64,000 bases of DNA, taken from Macrostomum hystrix (lineage: Eukaryota > Animalia > Platyhelminthes). A program made the position numbers and the translations under genes. The stretch spans positions 1,674,001-1,738,000 of the forward strand of contig CATNEN010000032.1 in assembly GCA_950097015.1 (NCBI GenBank), written 5' to 3'. Numbering within the stretch: the stretch's first letter is position 1; each line of letters starts with the position of its first letter. Shown piece by piece: positions 22,480 through 52,600 of this stretch. The notes beneath the pieces were generated by a model. That model was not told the DNA's origin, searched no databases, and worked only from the letters and a program-made list of their open reading frames with translations.

Positions 22480-25400
22480 TTAGGAAGATCGTCCAAACGG
22501 GTGCGCAATATCAAAATAATGATTTATCCGTTCAAATGTGGCAAAGCTAATGGCCACCGAGGGCAGCACCTTACACAAGTTGGCTCCCAGACCGCGGTAG
22601 AAGCCGATCATGCCCTCCGCCTTGTAGACTGTGACAGCCAAGCCGCGGACGGTGTTCAACTCTGGCCGGCTGAATTGCACTTTGGATTGCATTTTTGTGC
22701 GCAGCAGGGCCAATGGATAGCAGCCCACAATGCCGATTGAGGAGGCGAAAGCGCCTGCGGTTAATCGAAGGTAATTAGGCTCTATTAACATTCGGTCCAT
22801 CGAACTCTTAACCCAGCAGTCCCTTAACAGTAGAAAGACCACGCTATATCCCCCCGGATCAAAATTTCTCGCCCTTTACGATGACCTAACATCCAAAGCC
22901 GTCCGAGTCAGCATTTTTGGATATTTTGGGAGATACTCCTCGCAGTTTTTCTACTGTCAATCCTGAACAATTCGTACTACAACTTATGATAATTCCCATC
23001 ACTTTCTCATTCGTACCTGATAGCAGCAGAGCAACCACCGAGGGTGCCTCATTCGGCGGCAGGTCTCTGAACAGCCAGGTCCTGGTGGTCTCGTAAGCGG
23101 CCAACTCGATGCCGGCATAGGGCAATATGCCAGCCAGATTCACCGTGTAGCCCCGGAACAGGGCTCGAACACCGCCTTCCCTGTGATACGATTAACCATT
23201 TATGCGTTAAATATTTCAGGAATGCTGACAGCTCTGAAGATTAAAAAAATATGACAGCACACCCTGAAGATTTTAGGATGGACCAGAGTACACCAGAATA
23301 TTTTAGGAGAGACGACAGTACACCCAGAAAAAATTCTGAGAACAGAGTACACCCTGAGGATTTTAGGAGGGACGAGAGTACACCCTGAGGATTTTAGGAG
23401 GGACGAGAGTATACCCTGAGGATTTTAGGAGGGACGAGAGTACACCCTGAGGATTTTAGGAGGGACGAGAGTACACCCTGAGGATTTTAGGAGGAACGAG
23501 AGTACACCCTGAGGATTTTAGGAGGGACGAGAGTACACCCTGAGGATTTTAGGAGGGACGAGAGTACACCCTGAGGATTTTAGGAGGAACGAGAGTACAC
23601 CCTGAGAATTTTAGGAGGAACGAGAGTACACCCTGAGGATTTTAGGAGGGACGAGAGTACACCCTGAGGATTTTAGGATGAACCAGAGTACACCCTGAGG
23701 ATTTTAGGATGAACCAGACAGAGTACACCCTGAGGATTTTAGGAGGGACGAGAGTACCTGTTATCAATGTGAATGCATTTGACAGATAAGAATTGTCACT
23801 CACCTATAGACGGACGCAAGGCAGCCGATGAATGCCGCCGGGAAATTGGCCAGTCTTGCGCAGGCACAGCCGGGTCTTGACCACCTCCAACGGGTAGATC
23901 ATGGTCTGGCTGGTGGCACCGGCCAGGCTGCCGGCTAGAAACTTCTGATACAGCTGCAGCTCAGGCTGCTGATCGAAGAGCAGCCGCTTGTAAAGATCGT
24001 AGAATGTGTACTTGATCGCCGTCTCAGGGGCGATCTTGATCACGTTGACTCCGTTGCCGCGCCAAAGCGACCGGAAGCCGCCTTCGCGCAGCATCCAACG
24101 GAAGGCCTGGAGCGAGGAGTTGGAGGTGAATATTGTGGGTGAGTTAGGGATTTTGGGCTTGGATAGATTTCTTTGACATTGGAAGGACAAATCTACTGGG
24201 ACTGGAGGGATAATTCAGTGGGACTAGAGGGATAATTCTATTGGGACAGGAGGGATAATTCTATTGGGACAGGAGGGATAATTCAGTGGGACTAGAGGGA
24301 TAATTCAGTGGGACAGGAGGGATAATTCTATTGGGACAGGAGGGATAATTCTATTGGGACAGGAGGGATAATTCTATTGGGACAGGAGGGATAATTCTAG
24401 TGGGATTGGAGGGATAATTCTAGTGGGACAGGAGGGATAATTCTAGTGGGACAGGAGGGATAATTCTATTGGGACAGGAGGGATAATTCTATTGGGACAG
24501 GAGGGATAATTCTAGTGGGACAGGAGGGATAATTCTAGTGCAACTGGAGGGATAATTCTATTGGTATTGGGATGGGATATTTTCAAGTGGGATTAGATTA
24601 GTTAATTCTTGTAGGGTTAATTAGCATGCAGAGTGGGTTTGCGCAATAGCAAGGAAGCGAGCAATAACGGCAGTCATGGCCAGAGCAGGACAAGTTCTCA
24701 CCGTTATAGCAGAGGAGCCAGCATGCTGATAGCCATAAACCTGGCGGAACACTTTCAATCGATCGAACGGCGCTGTGCAGGACCTCGACAGCGCCCCTGC
24801 GAGGCCGCCGCTAAGCAGCATGTTAAAGGCCTGGCCGGAGCGCAGCTGCTCAGGTGAGAAGTCATCCGGTATTTGCGCCTCGTCACCTGTGTTCAGCGTG
24901 CCCATCTAGCGGCGGCGGAGTTAAATTGGTGCGTTGTGGGAATTGTTGGTAACAATCTAGCAAACATTTCCCCACGTAGCTACTCACTAAATTAGATCAG
25001 TAGTGCAGCGCTAATATTTTCTAATCGACTATTAATTCTCCTTTCATACTAATCGCTCGTAGTATGTAGCCTACTCGAAAGTAGGCTATAGCGAATGTTT
25101 CTTAAAAATTATCATTCGTCACCTAGACAAAATAGTTTTTTTACTACAATGAGTCTAAACTGGGCAGAACAAGAATTTGTTCTGCTGCGGCATGCATTTG
25201 GACTTAAGAAACTTAGACTGTATTAAATGTGACAGTGTACATGTACCTAGAATTGTTAATAATAATATTAATCGATAAATATGTAGCAACATTTCACTAG
25301 CAGATCTAAGTTTTGTGCATTACCGCGCCAGAAAAAAACTAGACACTGCGTAAATGTGCAACAGAAGGAACTAGTAAGTGAAGAGTCTGTTTTTCTTAAC

Positions 25401-28400
25401 ACAAAACGGTTAACGCAAGACAATTCCAGTTGGCTTGAACTTGAAAAAATGAAAACGGTTTATTCATTGATTTAAAGTTATTATGCAAAAAATGTTATGC
25501 ATAATGTTGACTTTCTTGTGCTCTTAGAGCCCAAGGATCCATGGGTCTGTGGGATGATACATTAATCGGGAGTCTGTGGGATGATACATTTATCTGGAGT
25601 CTGTGGGATGATACATTTATCTGGAGTCTGTGGGATGATATATTAATCTGGAGTCTGTGGGATGATATATTTATCGGGAGTCTGTGGGATGATACATTTA
25701 TCTGGAGTCTGTGGGATGATACATTAATCTGGAGTCTGTGGGATGATATATTTATCTGGAGTCTGTGGGATGATACATTAATCTGGAGTCTGTGGGATGA
25801 TACATTAATCGGGAGTCTGTGGGATGATACATTAATCGGGAGTCTGTGGGATGATATATTAATCTGGAGTCTGTGGGATGATATATTTATCTGGAGTCTG
25901 TGGGATGATACATTAATCTGGAGTCTGTGGGATGATATATTTATCTGGAGTCTGTGGGATGATATATTTATCTGGGGTCTGTGGGATGATACATTTATCT
26001 GGAGTCTGTGGGATGATACATTTATCTGGAGTCTGTGGGATGATACATTAATCGGGAGTCTGTGGGATGATATATTTATCTTAGAGTCTGTGGGATGATA
26101 TATTTATCTTAGAGTCTGTGGGATGATATATTAATCTGGAGTCTGTGGGATGATATATTTATCTTAGAGTCTGTGGGATGATATATTTATCTGGAGTCTG
26201 TGGGATGATATATTTATCTTAGAGTCTGTGGGATGATATATTTATCTGGAGTCTGTGGGATGATATATTTATCTTAGAGTCTGTGGGATGATATATTTAT
26301 CTTAGAGTCTGTGGGATGATATATTTATCTTAGAGTCTGTGGGATGATATATTTATCTTAGAGTCTGTGGGATGATATATTTATCTTAGAGTCTGTGGGA
26401 TAATATATTTATCTTAGAGTCTGTGGGATGATATGTTTATCTATCATAGATAATGAAGTGGGACGCCTGACTGAATATTGAGTTACTGTCTGTGGGATGC
26501 CAGTCTGTTAAGTACCGTTATCCGGACATTCAGATAGACAATTTTATTATTCGCTGTGAGAGATTTTTAGATTTATTACAAAAAGCAACAAACTGAGTTT
26601 AAGTTAACTGAAAAAAACAAAACAAACTTGTTAATTAAAGTGCGAACAATTCAATAGAGAAGGCCTGCTTGTTCATAACTTTTTGTTGCTTTTTACAGAT
26701 ATTAAATCTTTCAGGAGCTCTCACCGGGTACTTTTTATAGTCTCTGGGTGAGACCTCAGCTTCTACTACGGGAGCGTAGCAAAAGTACGCTGTGTGAGGC
26801 TCAATGTTGTACGAACCCCGACATGCCTTTGGCGCCTTAAGAGCCACGATTTGTTTAGAGCGCATTGCTGGAATTTCTTCCTGACTGTATTGCTGTTCAG
26901 AGTTGTTAAAATGCGAAGAGAGACAGGGATAAAAATTGTGAAACTAAAAGAGATAGAAGGGTGAGACTGGATGGGATAGAAGGATGGGATGAGACTGGAT
27001 GAGATAGAAGGGTGAGACTGGAAGAGATAGAAGAGTGAGACTGGAATGGATAGAAGGGTGAGACTGGAATGGATAGAAGGGTGAGACTGGAATGGATAGA
27101 AGAGTGAGACTGGAATGGATAGAAGGGTGAGACTGGAATGGATAGAAGAGTGAGACTGGAATGGATAGAAGGGTGAGACTGGATGAGATAGAAGGGTGAG
27201 ACTGGAATGGATAGAAGAGTGAGACTGGAATGGATAGAAGGGTGAGACTGGAATGGATAGAAGAGTGAGACTGGATGAGATAGAAGGGTGAGACTGGAAG
27301 AGATAGAAGAGTGAGACTGAAATGGATAGAAGGGTGAGACTGGATGAGATAGAAGGGTGAGACTGGAATGGATAGAAGAGTGAGACTGGAATGGATAGAA
27401 GGGTGAGACTGGAATGGATAGAAGGGTGAGACTGGAATGGATAGAAGAGTGAGACTGGAATGGATAGAAGGGTGAGACTGGAATGGATAGAAGAGTGAGA
27501 CTGGAATGGATAGAAGGGTGAGACTGGAAGAGATAGAAGGATGAGACTGGAATGGATAGAAGGATCAGACTGGAAGAGATAGAAGGATGAGACTGGAATG
27601 GATAGAAGGATGAGACTGGAATGGATAGAAGGATGAGACTGGAAAATATCGAAGGATGAGACTGGAAAATATCGAAGGATGAGACTGGAATGGATAGAAG
27701 GGTGAGACTGGAAGAGATAGAAGGGTGAGACTGGAAGAGATAGAAGGGTGAGACTCGATGAGATTGAAGGGTGAGACTGAATGTAGTCGACAAAGCTATT
27801 TGCTTTTTGCAAAGGCCGAAAATCGTATGGCGGAGTATATAAATGATATGCATGAATATATTTGAATGCTGAAGGGTTAAAGTACATGTACCGAGTCAGA
27901 GTCCTCAATTATCCCATGCATGTCTAGAGAGAAATAGAGAGAGAGAGAGAGCAGCCTGCTCCGCTGTCTAGCAGTGATGGCTGCAGAGCAGAGCAGAGCT
28001 CTAGAAAGCTATCGATCGTAATGAGAAGGGAGGGGAGATTTCGTCTCGAACAGTTTTTCGTGACCGCTCAGTGCAATCGAGGAGGGTACTGTATGTCCGT
28101 ATTCAGACATACAATCTATTCGGGGATTCACTGGGGCGAAGTCGGTGGTTCGAATACTAACAGTTCTGTACTTCTATCTAGCTTAACAAATTTCATACTA
28201 ATTAAAAAATTATAAGCTCAAATTTAGTAATTATTGCGCATGTTCGATATGTATTGCATAGTGCAACGAATATAGATAATATCGTCCATGGACTCTTTCA
28301 ATCAATGGACGATATAGTTCCAACCCTCCAACGATTACAGTCCCAACCCTCCTCAGACAGTCCCAACCCTCCTGAGACAACCCCAACCCTCCTCAAACAA

Positions 28401-31400
28401 TCCCAACCCTCCTCAAACAATCCCAACCCTCCTCAAACAATCCCAACCCTCCTCAAACAATCCCAACCCTCCTCAGACAGTCCCAACCCTCCTCAGACAG
28501 TCCCAACCCTCCTCAGACAGTCCCAACACTCCTCAGACAGTCCCAACACTCCTCGGAGAGTCCCAACCTCTTCAGACAATCCCAACCTTCCTCAGACAAT
28601 CCCAACCCTCCTCAGACAATCCCAACCCTCCTCAAACAATCCCAACCCTCGTCAGACAGTCTCAACCCTCCTGGGACAGTCCCAACCCTCCTCGGACAGT
28701 CCCAACCCTCCTCGGACAGTCCCAACCCTCCTCGGACAGTCCCAACCCTCATGGGACATTGCAAAGCAGCTCACCAGGGTGTGCTCCCAGTAGCGGGCAA
28801 TCTCGTCTAAGCTTCGGCCGGCTTGTAGAAGCAGGAATTCTTTCCATTCGGACTCGGAGATCAACAGGTTGCCCTCCATGTCCATTCTGGGTTGGAGGAT
28901 CAGCGGAGAGGATTAGAAATTCATGAGATTCTAAAATATTCGATCACAAGAAGAACACAAGAATCACACTATCCTACTAGCTCGATTTGTTAAATCCCAA
29001 AGGTGCTTGTAGCCCAGTGGTTTGAACTTCGAAATTCTGACTAAGAGGTCAGGAGTTCGAATCGCAGCCTAAAGAAAGCTACTTTGTGTCCTTGAGTAGC
29101 TGCAGGAATACACCTATACACCTGACACCAACTGGGCAAGCAAACAAGAGTGCAACGCACCGCTTGACAAGCATCTGCGCTTTATTATCGTCGATGCTGA
29201 ATCCCAGCTGGCTAAATGCCTCTTTGATTTCGGCGGCGTCAATGTAGCCGTCCATTTTTTTGTCAATTTTGCGAAACACCTGGCCTAGCTGCTCCTCGTG
29301 TTCCAGGACCCAGCTGGCGAACTCCTTGAAGTCCAGAGTTCCATCCCGATTGGAATCGCCTTCGGCCACCAGTTGCTAAGGATAAGACAAGGCAGATGGC
29401 AATTAATTAGCATAATTACAAAGTGCTCAGTATATAGATAATTTCAACAAAGCCAAAAATCAACCAGCTAGCACAAAATGTTACCTGATAAAATGAAACA
29501 TGACTTGCTGAAACTTGTCTAGCCAATACATTTTAACCTATACTATGCTATCTTTTGGCTCTATACATACTAGATACAAATATACATTTTTATCATAATA
29601 TTTGTATTAGTGACAACCACCATCTAATTCTGTGCAATGACAAACAACTGGACCTCCTCAGACAGGCCACGGTATGTTACCTTGATGGTACATTCAAAAT
29701 CAATAGGTGGCCATTCATATAGTTATACTCTGTGCATGCATTCCTATGCCATTAGGACAACCTAAAGCCTTTAGCCTATGGAAATACAAGTGCAGCTATT
29801 GTGCTGTCACAAGCAAATGCAATATCTTTGCATTGAACTTTGAGGCTGCAATGTGGCATGAATTGCTCCATGTCTTCCCTTCTGCAAGATTGCACTTTTG
29901 GTGGCAAGATGACAGAAGCTGTGAGGAAAAGAAAAATGAGAGAATAATCTCAATCAATAACTGTCAAAAGCTAGATCAAATATACTAAAGAAGTTACTGG
30001 AATCTATTCATTCAAAAAGGTAGGCATTTGCATGGCTTGTGTAACAGGGCTTATGACTACTTTTCTCTCTCTTGGTAGCATTAGCGTATCTCTCGGCACA
30101 AGCAGTTTATCCTTCTAAGGCACTGGTCTCTTATTCTCCAGTCTTTGCTGGGCGTTTTCTATGGATCAGAGGGTCACAGCCTCAAATAACCAACTCAACA
30201 CTTGAACACCTTCTTACTCAGTTATAGCTTATTTGCTTTTCGCCACACTGGCACGTTGCTTTGTCTCACAATAATTGCACTCGTTTATATACACAAAAAA
30301 GGTTTGTTTAAATGAATGAATTTGACAGAATAATTATAATATTTTACATATAAAAAATATTTAGCGCATTTAAACAAAGAGCATAGGTACGAATTTGACT
30401 TTAAAAATGATAAAAGCATCCCTACTACACTAGGATATACATGTAATAAGGTGGCCTAATCTAGCAAGCTGCAATGCCAATAAGGGGGACATTATTGACA
30501 CAGATCCATGTAGATAAATTTGGCACTATATCTGCACAAGAGAGGGTAGTAAGCATATATATAAGCATATAAGTATATATCTAACTCAGACATAGGCACA
30601 TTTGAAACCCTGCCACATAGTATAGTCATAAAAATATAAAAACCACAATTGATATAAAAGACATGATATATAATAAACTTAACTGCTACTTACATAAATA
30701 GTCACAATCAAATTATAAGTAATAATCCAAACAATATATCACACTTTCACTACATCTAAGACTAAGAAAATAATTTGTCACTAAGACATCTTTGTCACTG
30801 AAATATATTACCACATTATGCTAATTCTTTGTATCTGTATCTGAAGAATGAATCCAAAAAACATATACCATTAGACATTTTTCAGATGTATAGGAAACAT
30901 TGATCTCAGTTAGGCTACAATATATATATTAATGCTCTCAATAGACTTCCTTGAGGTGTGCACAGGACACCATCTTATAGACCCCTATTTGCTCCAACGG
31001 CAATGATAAGGCTCTTTATTTATAATAAGTTTCCCCCTTATTATAGTCCAGTTGCCTTTTAAAAATGCTAAAAACATAGAAAACTATAAAAAGCAGATTA
31101 ATTACCTAAATTTAATTGTAAAATAAAACAGTTTTGTTATTTAATAAAAAAAATCTCGAGAAATTACTAATAAGATTGTCATGTCTTTGCTACTTTCACT
31201 CTTTCGGTAATATCGAATAAATTTAGCTAATTTCAGTAATGTATTGGAAATCAGTAGTTATATTTCTATGCTGCAGATTGCAGAAAAACATAATTACCTC
31301 TGCAAACTGTTCACCTTGACCAGGGAAGCTTGGGATTTTAAGTTGACGCAATGCAATTTTTAGATCACTCGTGCTGATTTTCCCATCGTTAGTTACATCA

Positions 31401-31462
31401 AGCTTTTTAAAGAGCTTAAAAATTCTAGCTTCTTGTTCAGGCGTTGGCTCTCGAAGTGGCAT
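22480..31462 (-). CDS. SCaMC: Calcium-binding mitochondrial carrier (SCaMC; SLC25A23/24/25 family), 7 exons, one apparent +1 frameshift
   Basis: Exons 31462-31298, 29375-29161, 28886-28775, 24905-24702, 24106-23804, 23180-23017, 22754-22480. EF-hands (DVTNDGKIS, DSNRDGTLDFKEF, DKKMDGYIDAAE). Carrier repeats TAPFDRLK, LWRGNGVNVIKIAPE, YPLEVVKTR, PYAGIELAAYE, YPLALLRTK, FYRGLGANLCKVLP. About 478 aa after removing one base near 23830-23842. Confidence 0.93.
23250..23757. repeat. Minisatellite, 31-bp unit GAGAGTACACCCTGAGGATTTTAGGAGGGAC
   Basis: Tandem periodicity. Confidence 0.95.
24190..24570. repeat. Minisatellite, 23-bp unit GGGACAGGAGGGATAATTCTATT
   Basis: Tandem periodicity. Confidence 0.95.
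25540..26440. repeat. Minisatellite, 27-bp unit GAGTCTGTGGGATGATATATTTATCTG
   Basis: Tandem periodicity. Confidence 0.97.
26955..27780. repeat. Minisatellite, 23-bp unit GGAATGGATAGAAGGGTGAGACT
   Basis: Tandem periodicity. Confidence 0.95.
28315..28750. repeat. Minisatellite, 20-bp unit CAGTCCCAACCCTCCTCAGA
   Basis: Tandem periodicity; begins about 24 nt after the donor at 28774. Confidence 0.95.
29002..29097 (+). mobile_element. 3'-truncated copy of the tRNA-derived SINE, in SCaMC intron 2
   Basis: tagcccagtggtttgaacttc...ttctgac...ggagttcgaatc...tgtgtccttgag aligns with the 9493 copy and stops within the CORE-like box. Confidence 0.65.
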
Positions 31463-32048
31463 ATTGAAAAAAAATTGTTGTCATATTCAGGAGCAAAGTA
31501 CAATCATGCTAGACTTATTAGCCTGCAGGTTAAATTTATCGGAACAGGATTTCAGTTGTTCATTCAACTTTTCCGCTATACTTCCAGGAATGAAAGGTCG
31601 ATCAACATATATGTGTGGACTCAGTGAAACCATTTTTTATATCATAGTTTACAAGCGTTTTAAGCCCCTCTAAATTCTGTAAATTCGATGCGTCGTATCG
31701 CTTGACTTTTGTTTTACTTACTTAAAAGTATCGCGCGTATCGATTTAAACATTTTCCGTTTCGACCAACTTTACAATGAAAAAGAAATATTCCCGCGTAT
31801 TCAATAAAATTCTACCTACGAAGGACAGCAGATATCTATATAACAATATTATAAGGGTTAAGAGGTAAAAACGTGCATTTCTGTTTTTATTCAGCCTCTA
31901 TGATTTGGTCAGAATAAGTTTGCTGTATGTGCAGTGGTTGATAATTATAAATCTTTTTAGAAAGATCGTATCTTGATTTCGATAAGCAATCTGCATGAGC
32001 TCACAAGAAGCTGCTTTTGATATTGGCAAGGGTGGTTAAAAGCTTTGA
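31463..32048. promoter_or_regulatory. Probable bidirectional promoter between divergent SCaMC and EEIG1-like genes
   Basis: Head-to-head start codons 586 bp apart; AT-rich, repeat-free interval. TSS positions cannot be seen. Confidence 0.5.
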
Positions 32049-48694
<16,646 letters not shown>

Positions 48695-49664
48695 CGGCTC
48701 TGTTTAACTGTTTTGCATCAATTTTCCGTTGAATAGTTTCTATCTGTATTTCTGCATTTTTACGAGTTTCTACTATTTTTAGCGGCGATGAGGCACGACT
48801 CAGAGAAAAAATGATTAAGCTGCCTTTTATTTATATGTGCACTTAAAGCGAATGAATGTTTGCTAACGTACTTATAGTTATTAATAACTTACAGCAATGC
48901 ATTATTTATGAACAAAACGATTAAGATTATCTTTAATTTATAAAGAAACGAATATAATAAACTTGGCGTTATGATTTTTTAAAACAATTGCTGCACGCAA
49001 ACATGAAATACCTAAAATTTTTCTTTTGAACTAATTAGAAGGTGACACGCATTTTAGAATGTTATATTTCTGTATGATGATTATTTTTGACTTGCTGCTA
49101 AAGGAGTCATTCTTAAGCGCAATTTAAGTTTCATGAATGCTGAAGGATGTTGACCATCCGTGTCCGTGTCCGTCCTAGCTATGCATTCCCATTCAAATGT
49201 GAAATGCATTTTTATTAAAAGAGATTTTGTCTCAATAGACACATGAAAAAAAGCGGTTGAGCTTTAACCAAGGGAGGCAAATAGCGAAAAAGAGGCGTTA
49301 CTTACCCAAAACTACAACCGTTAGTAGTCTTACCTTTTTTACATTTTTGCTAATGGCCTACAGCTGATATTTTTAAAACATCTAGACTGCTAACCTTATT
49401 TATAGGTTTATAGAAACTGGGCTTCAACTCTTGCAGATGATCTTTATCGTGCCTTTATTTATAAATTACGTAATAAACGACTTTTGTTGAACAGTATCGT
49501 TTTCTAATCAATTCACAACCCTAAATTCAAAACGTGTAATTGTTAGAATTTACTATCCGCTAACTGAAAATTTGCGTGTTGCAGATGTCTTTTATAAATC
49601 TAGTTTAAGATTTTTATAGATTTTTAGTATGTTTTATCCCTGTTATACTGGAATTAAATAAAAA

Positions 49665-52600
49665 ATGACTAGATCAAGCTCAAGAAATCTAAAATCCAAC
49701 AACAAGAGTCCAACGAAAAATGCTAAAGATAGTGCTGCGCAAGCTCAGGAACAAAACAAAGATCATGGAAAAAGCCGAAAGTCTACTAAAAAGGAAGAAC
49801 CAATCGACAACTTGATAATAGAAAACCATATTAAATCGGTAAGTGCAAAGTTGGTACTTACTTACTAAGCTTAATGACTTTTTAATTGCTCGAAACATTC
49901 AGAAGTCTTTAGTGAGCTCTGCTTGGCTGATATATCTAAAATTTTAATCAGAAAAAAATCTTGCATTAGCCTAACTAACTGAAGTCCGACTCTGATATCA
50001 TTAGTATTTGCTAAGTCCTAATTTATTTGCCACACTTAGGGGCAAGGCTGTCATGCTTATAATCCAGAGTTGTGCCTTGCTTATTGTTATTACACAGTGG
50101 CCATGTCTATAATTCCAGAGCTTAGAGGCATGGCAGCCATGTCCATGACCATGAGCAAGCAACAACCCCATATTTGGTCTTAGAGAGGCAGCAGCTGTCT
50201 ATTATATAGACATAGACATAAATAACAAAAATATTTTTAAAAAGTCAATGTTAGGGAATTGTACTGTTGTCCAAATGTATAATGTTCATGTGTTTATTTC
50301 AAATTTTTCTTTATAGTGAAATCAAATATGAGAATGTCATACTTAGTAATTTCAGAACCTTGTCCTTGTTTGGAGCACTGCAAATGGCCAATCTCCTAGA
50401 CCTAGTTGCTTGTGTAGCATATTTGAAATTTGAGTTTGCCACAACCTCTTCTTGTAGGCCTACATTATGTGTTTTATATTACTTTAATAATAGAGTTTTT
50501 TTGACACAAATGTTATATATTTATGTTAGGCTACTTTAAAGCTTTCTACAAGTATATTGTGTGAATTTGGAAAAAATGCAATCATACCAGTTTAGAGCCT
50601 GAAACTAGAACAATATAAGAACATATCAATTTGAACAATTAAGTATAATCAACTAATACATTGCCTACAAACATACTTTTTTACCTTATGTATCTCTTGT
50701 GGATAGGCCTATAATCCACTGTTGTTATATTACACATTAAAGACATGGAGGGCCATGCTTTAAAGCATGCTAAAAATTATCAGTTTTCAAGTTAAATGCT
50801 CAGACACTCAAACATGGTCATAGGCATGCCAAACCTTAGCTTATTGCCTTATCTATACTTAGCTAGCTACATTAGGCCCTATATGCTATTGGCTATTAAT
50901 AATAAGCCAATTAAATAAAAATATTTAGGCAATTTACTATGCTATATATAATCATAATGACAGTGCATGTCAAATTCACAATGATTCCAATGCTTTTTTA
51001 TGAATGCATATTAAAGAAGTATATACATTCAAAAGTATAATAAGATAAACAAAAATGTTTTAGTTATTTACTCTAAACCCTCATTAAATTATTAAAAACT
51101 TTTTAAATATTAATTATAGGTCTACATGACACTAACTGAAATTAAAACTCTTATTATAGACGAGCAAAACACGAGCTATATAGCTAGTTCAAAAATTTTA
51201 TTTGTAGAAAAAAACAAATTTAGATTTTATAGAAAAAAACTATATGCTTTAATAATAATATGTTAACATTTTCATGATTTATTAAATATTGAAATTTAGT
51301 GGTTAAAGTCTAATATATATATATTTGTAAGCTTCTTTGATGCCATTCTATATTTTAACTCTTGACCATTTGGATATTGGGTTCAACTTCATGCCAAGGA
51401 TGAATAACTATCTATTAAAAGTAGAAACAATGCCTCTGGATTTACTATTGACATCTATGCAGTAGCTACATATCACAATATTTGCATGGGAGGATAAATA
51501 TTTTATAGGATTACATAATAGGGCTAAGTACTCAATTCGGAGTAGTAGTTAAAAATGTTTAAGTGGTTTCTTTAAAACAAAAAGAAAATTTTTGTAATAA
51601 TTCTGTTATTTTTCTATATTTTACTAAAATAATTAAACTAGTATAAAGTTTTTATTTATAATTGAAAGTAACAAAGTGATATTGACAGACCACTGTCTAT
51701 TTAGTCGCTTAAAAAAGCTTTACAAGTACAATTATTACACTTATTAAAATAAGTTTCTATTATAATTTAGTACTTTAGTGATTTAGTAAAATTTTGTATA
51801 TTCCAAAACCTGTTAATGTGAATGCATAAAGATGATTAAATTAAACATCCAGTTTAATTTAACTATCAAGTAAAAGGAAAGCAATTAATATTTGCTTATT
51901 TCTTTCATAACTAATAACCAAATAGAATAAAGCGACACTGGCGACTTTTTAATTTATTTATCTGGATTTGAATATCTAAATTTAAGTAATTGCTATCACT
52001 CCTAATTCTTAGTATAGATTTACACCAGTTTTTTGAGCAAAAAAATAAAACTGTTTTATATCTCGACCATTCCATCTGCTTCTAGAAGCGCGGAGCTCCC
52101 AGCGGTCGACAGCGCGGCAGCGCCGCCGGCTCAGCGGCCAACGCCAAGAGCAAGTCATCGCCCTCCTCCGCTCTGCAGGCCTGGTGCATCTGCCGCTCCA
52201 CAGACATTGACCGGTTCATGATCGCCTGCGACAAATGCGAAGAATGGTTCCACGGCGACTGTATCGGCGTCAGCTCCAAGGAGGCGTCGGCTATTAACAA
52301 ATTCTACTGCTCCAAGTGCCTAAAGAAACAATCTGGACTGGCCATTGAGTACAAGAAAGGCAAAGCGCCGTCTGCTAATGCCGGCACTGCTACGCCGAAA
52401 TCATCGGCTGGTGTCAAGACAGGTAAAGCTGACGATTCAGCTGCTACACCAGGCGTCGCCCAGTCCAGGAAGCGCGGCAGGTCTCAGGCTTCGGATGACG
52501 CGCCAGCCTCGGCGCCAAGTGGGAAGAAAGCAGCGGCCAAGACTGGTAAGCCGGAGGAAGCCAATCACAGCGGAGCCGCTAAGCCGACACCAGCTAAGCG

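Noticed and set aside
25146-25205. Pre-miRNA-like hairpin (GCAGAACAA/TTGTTCTGC stem)
   Set aside because: Only a 9-bp perfect stem with poor extension; too short to support without small-RNA data.
26635-26865. Extra SCaMC exon or small gene in the unique spacer
   Set aside because: SCaMC is complete without it, and it has no recognisable motif or convincing splice pair.
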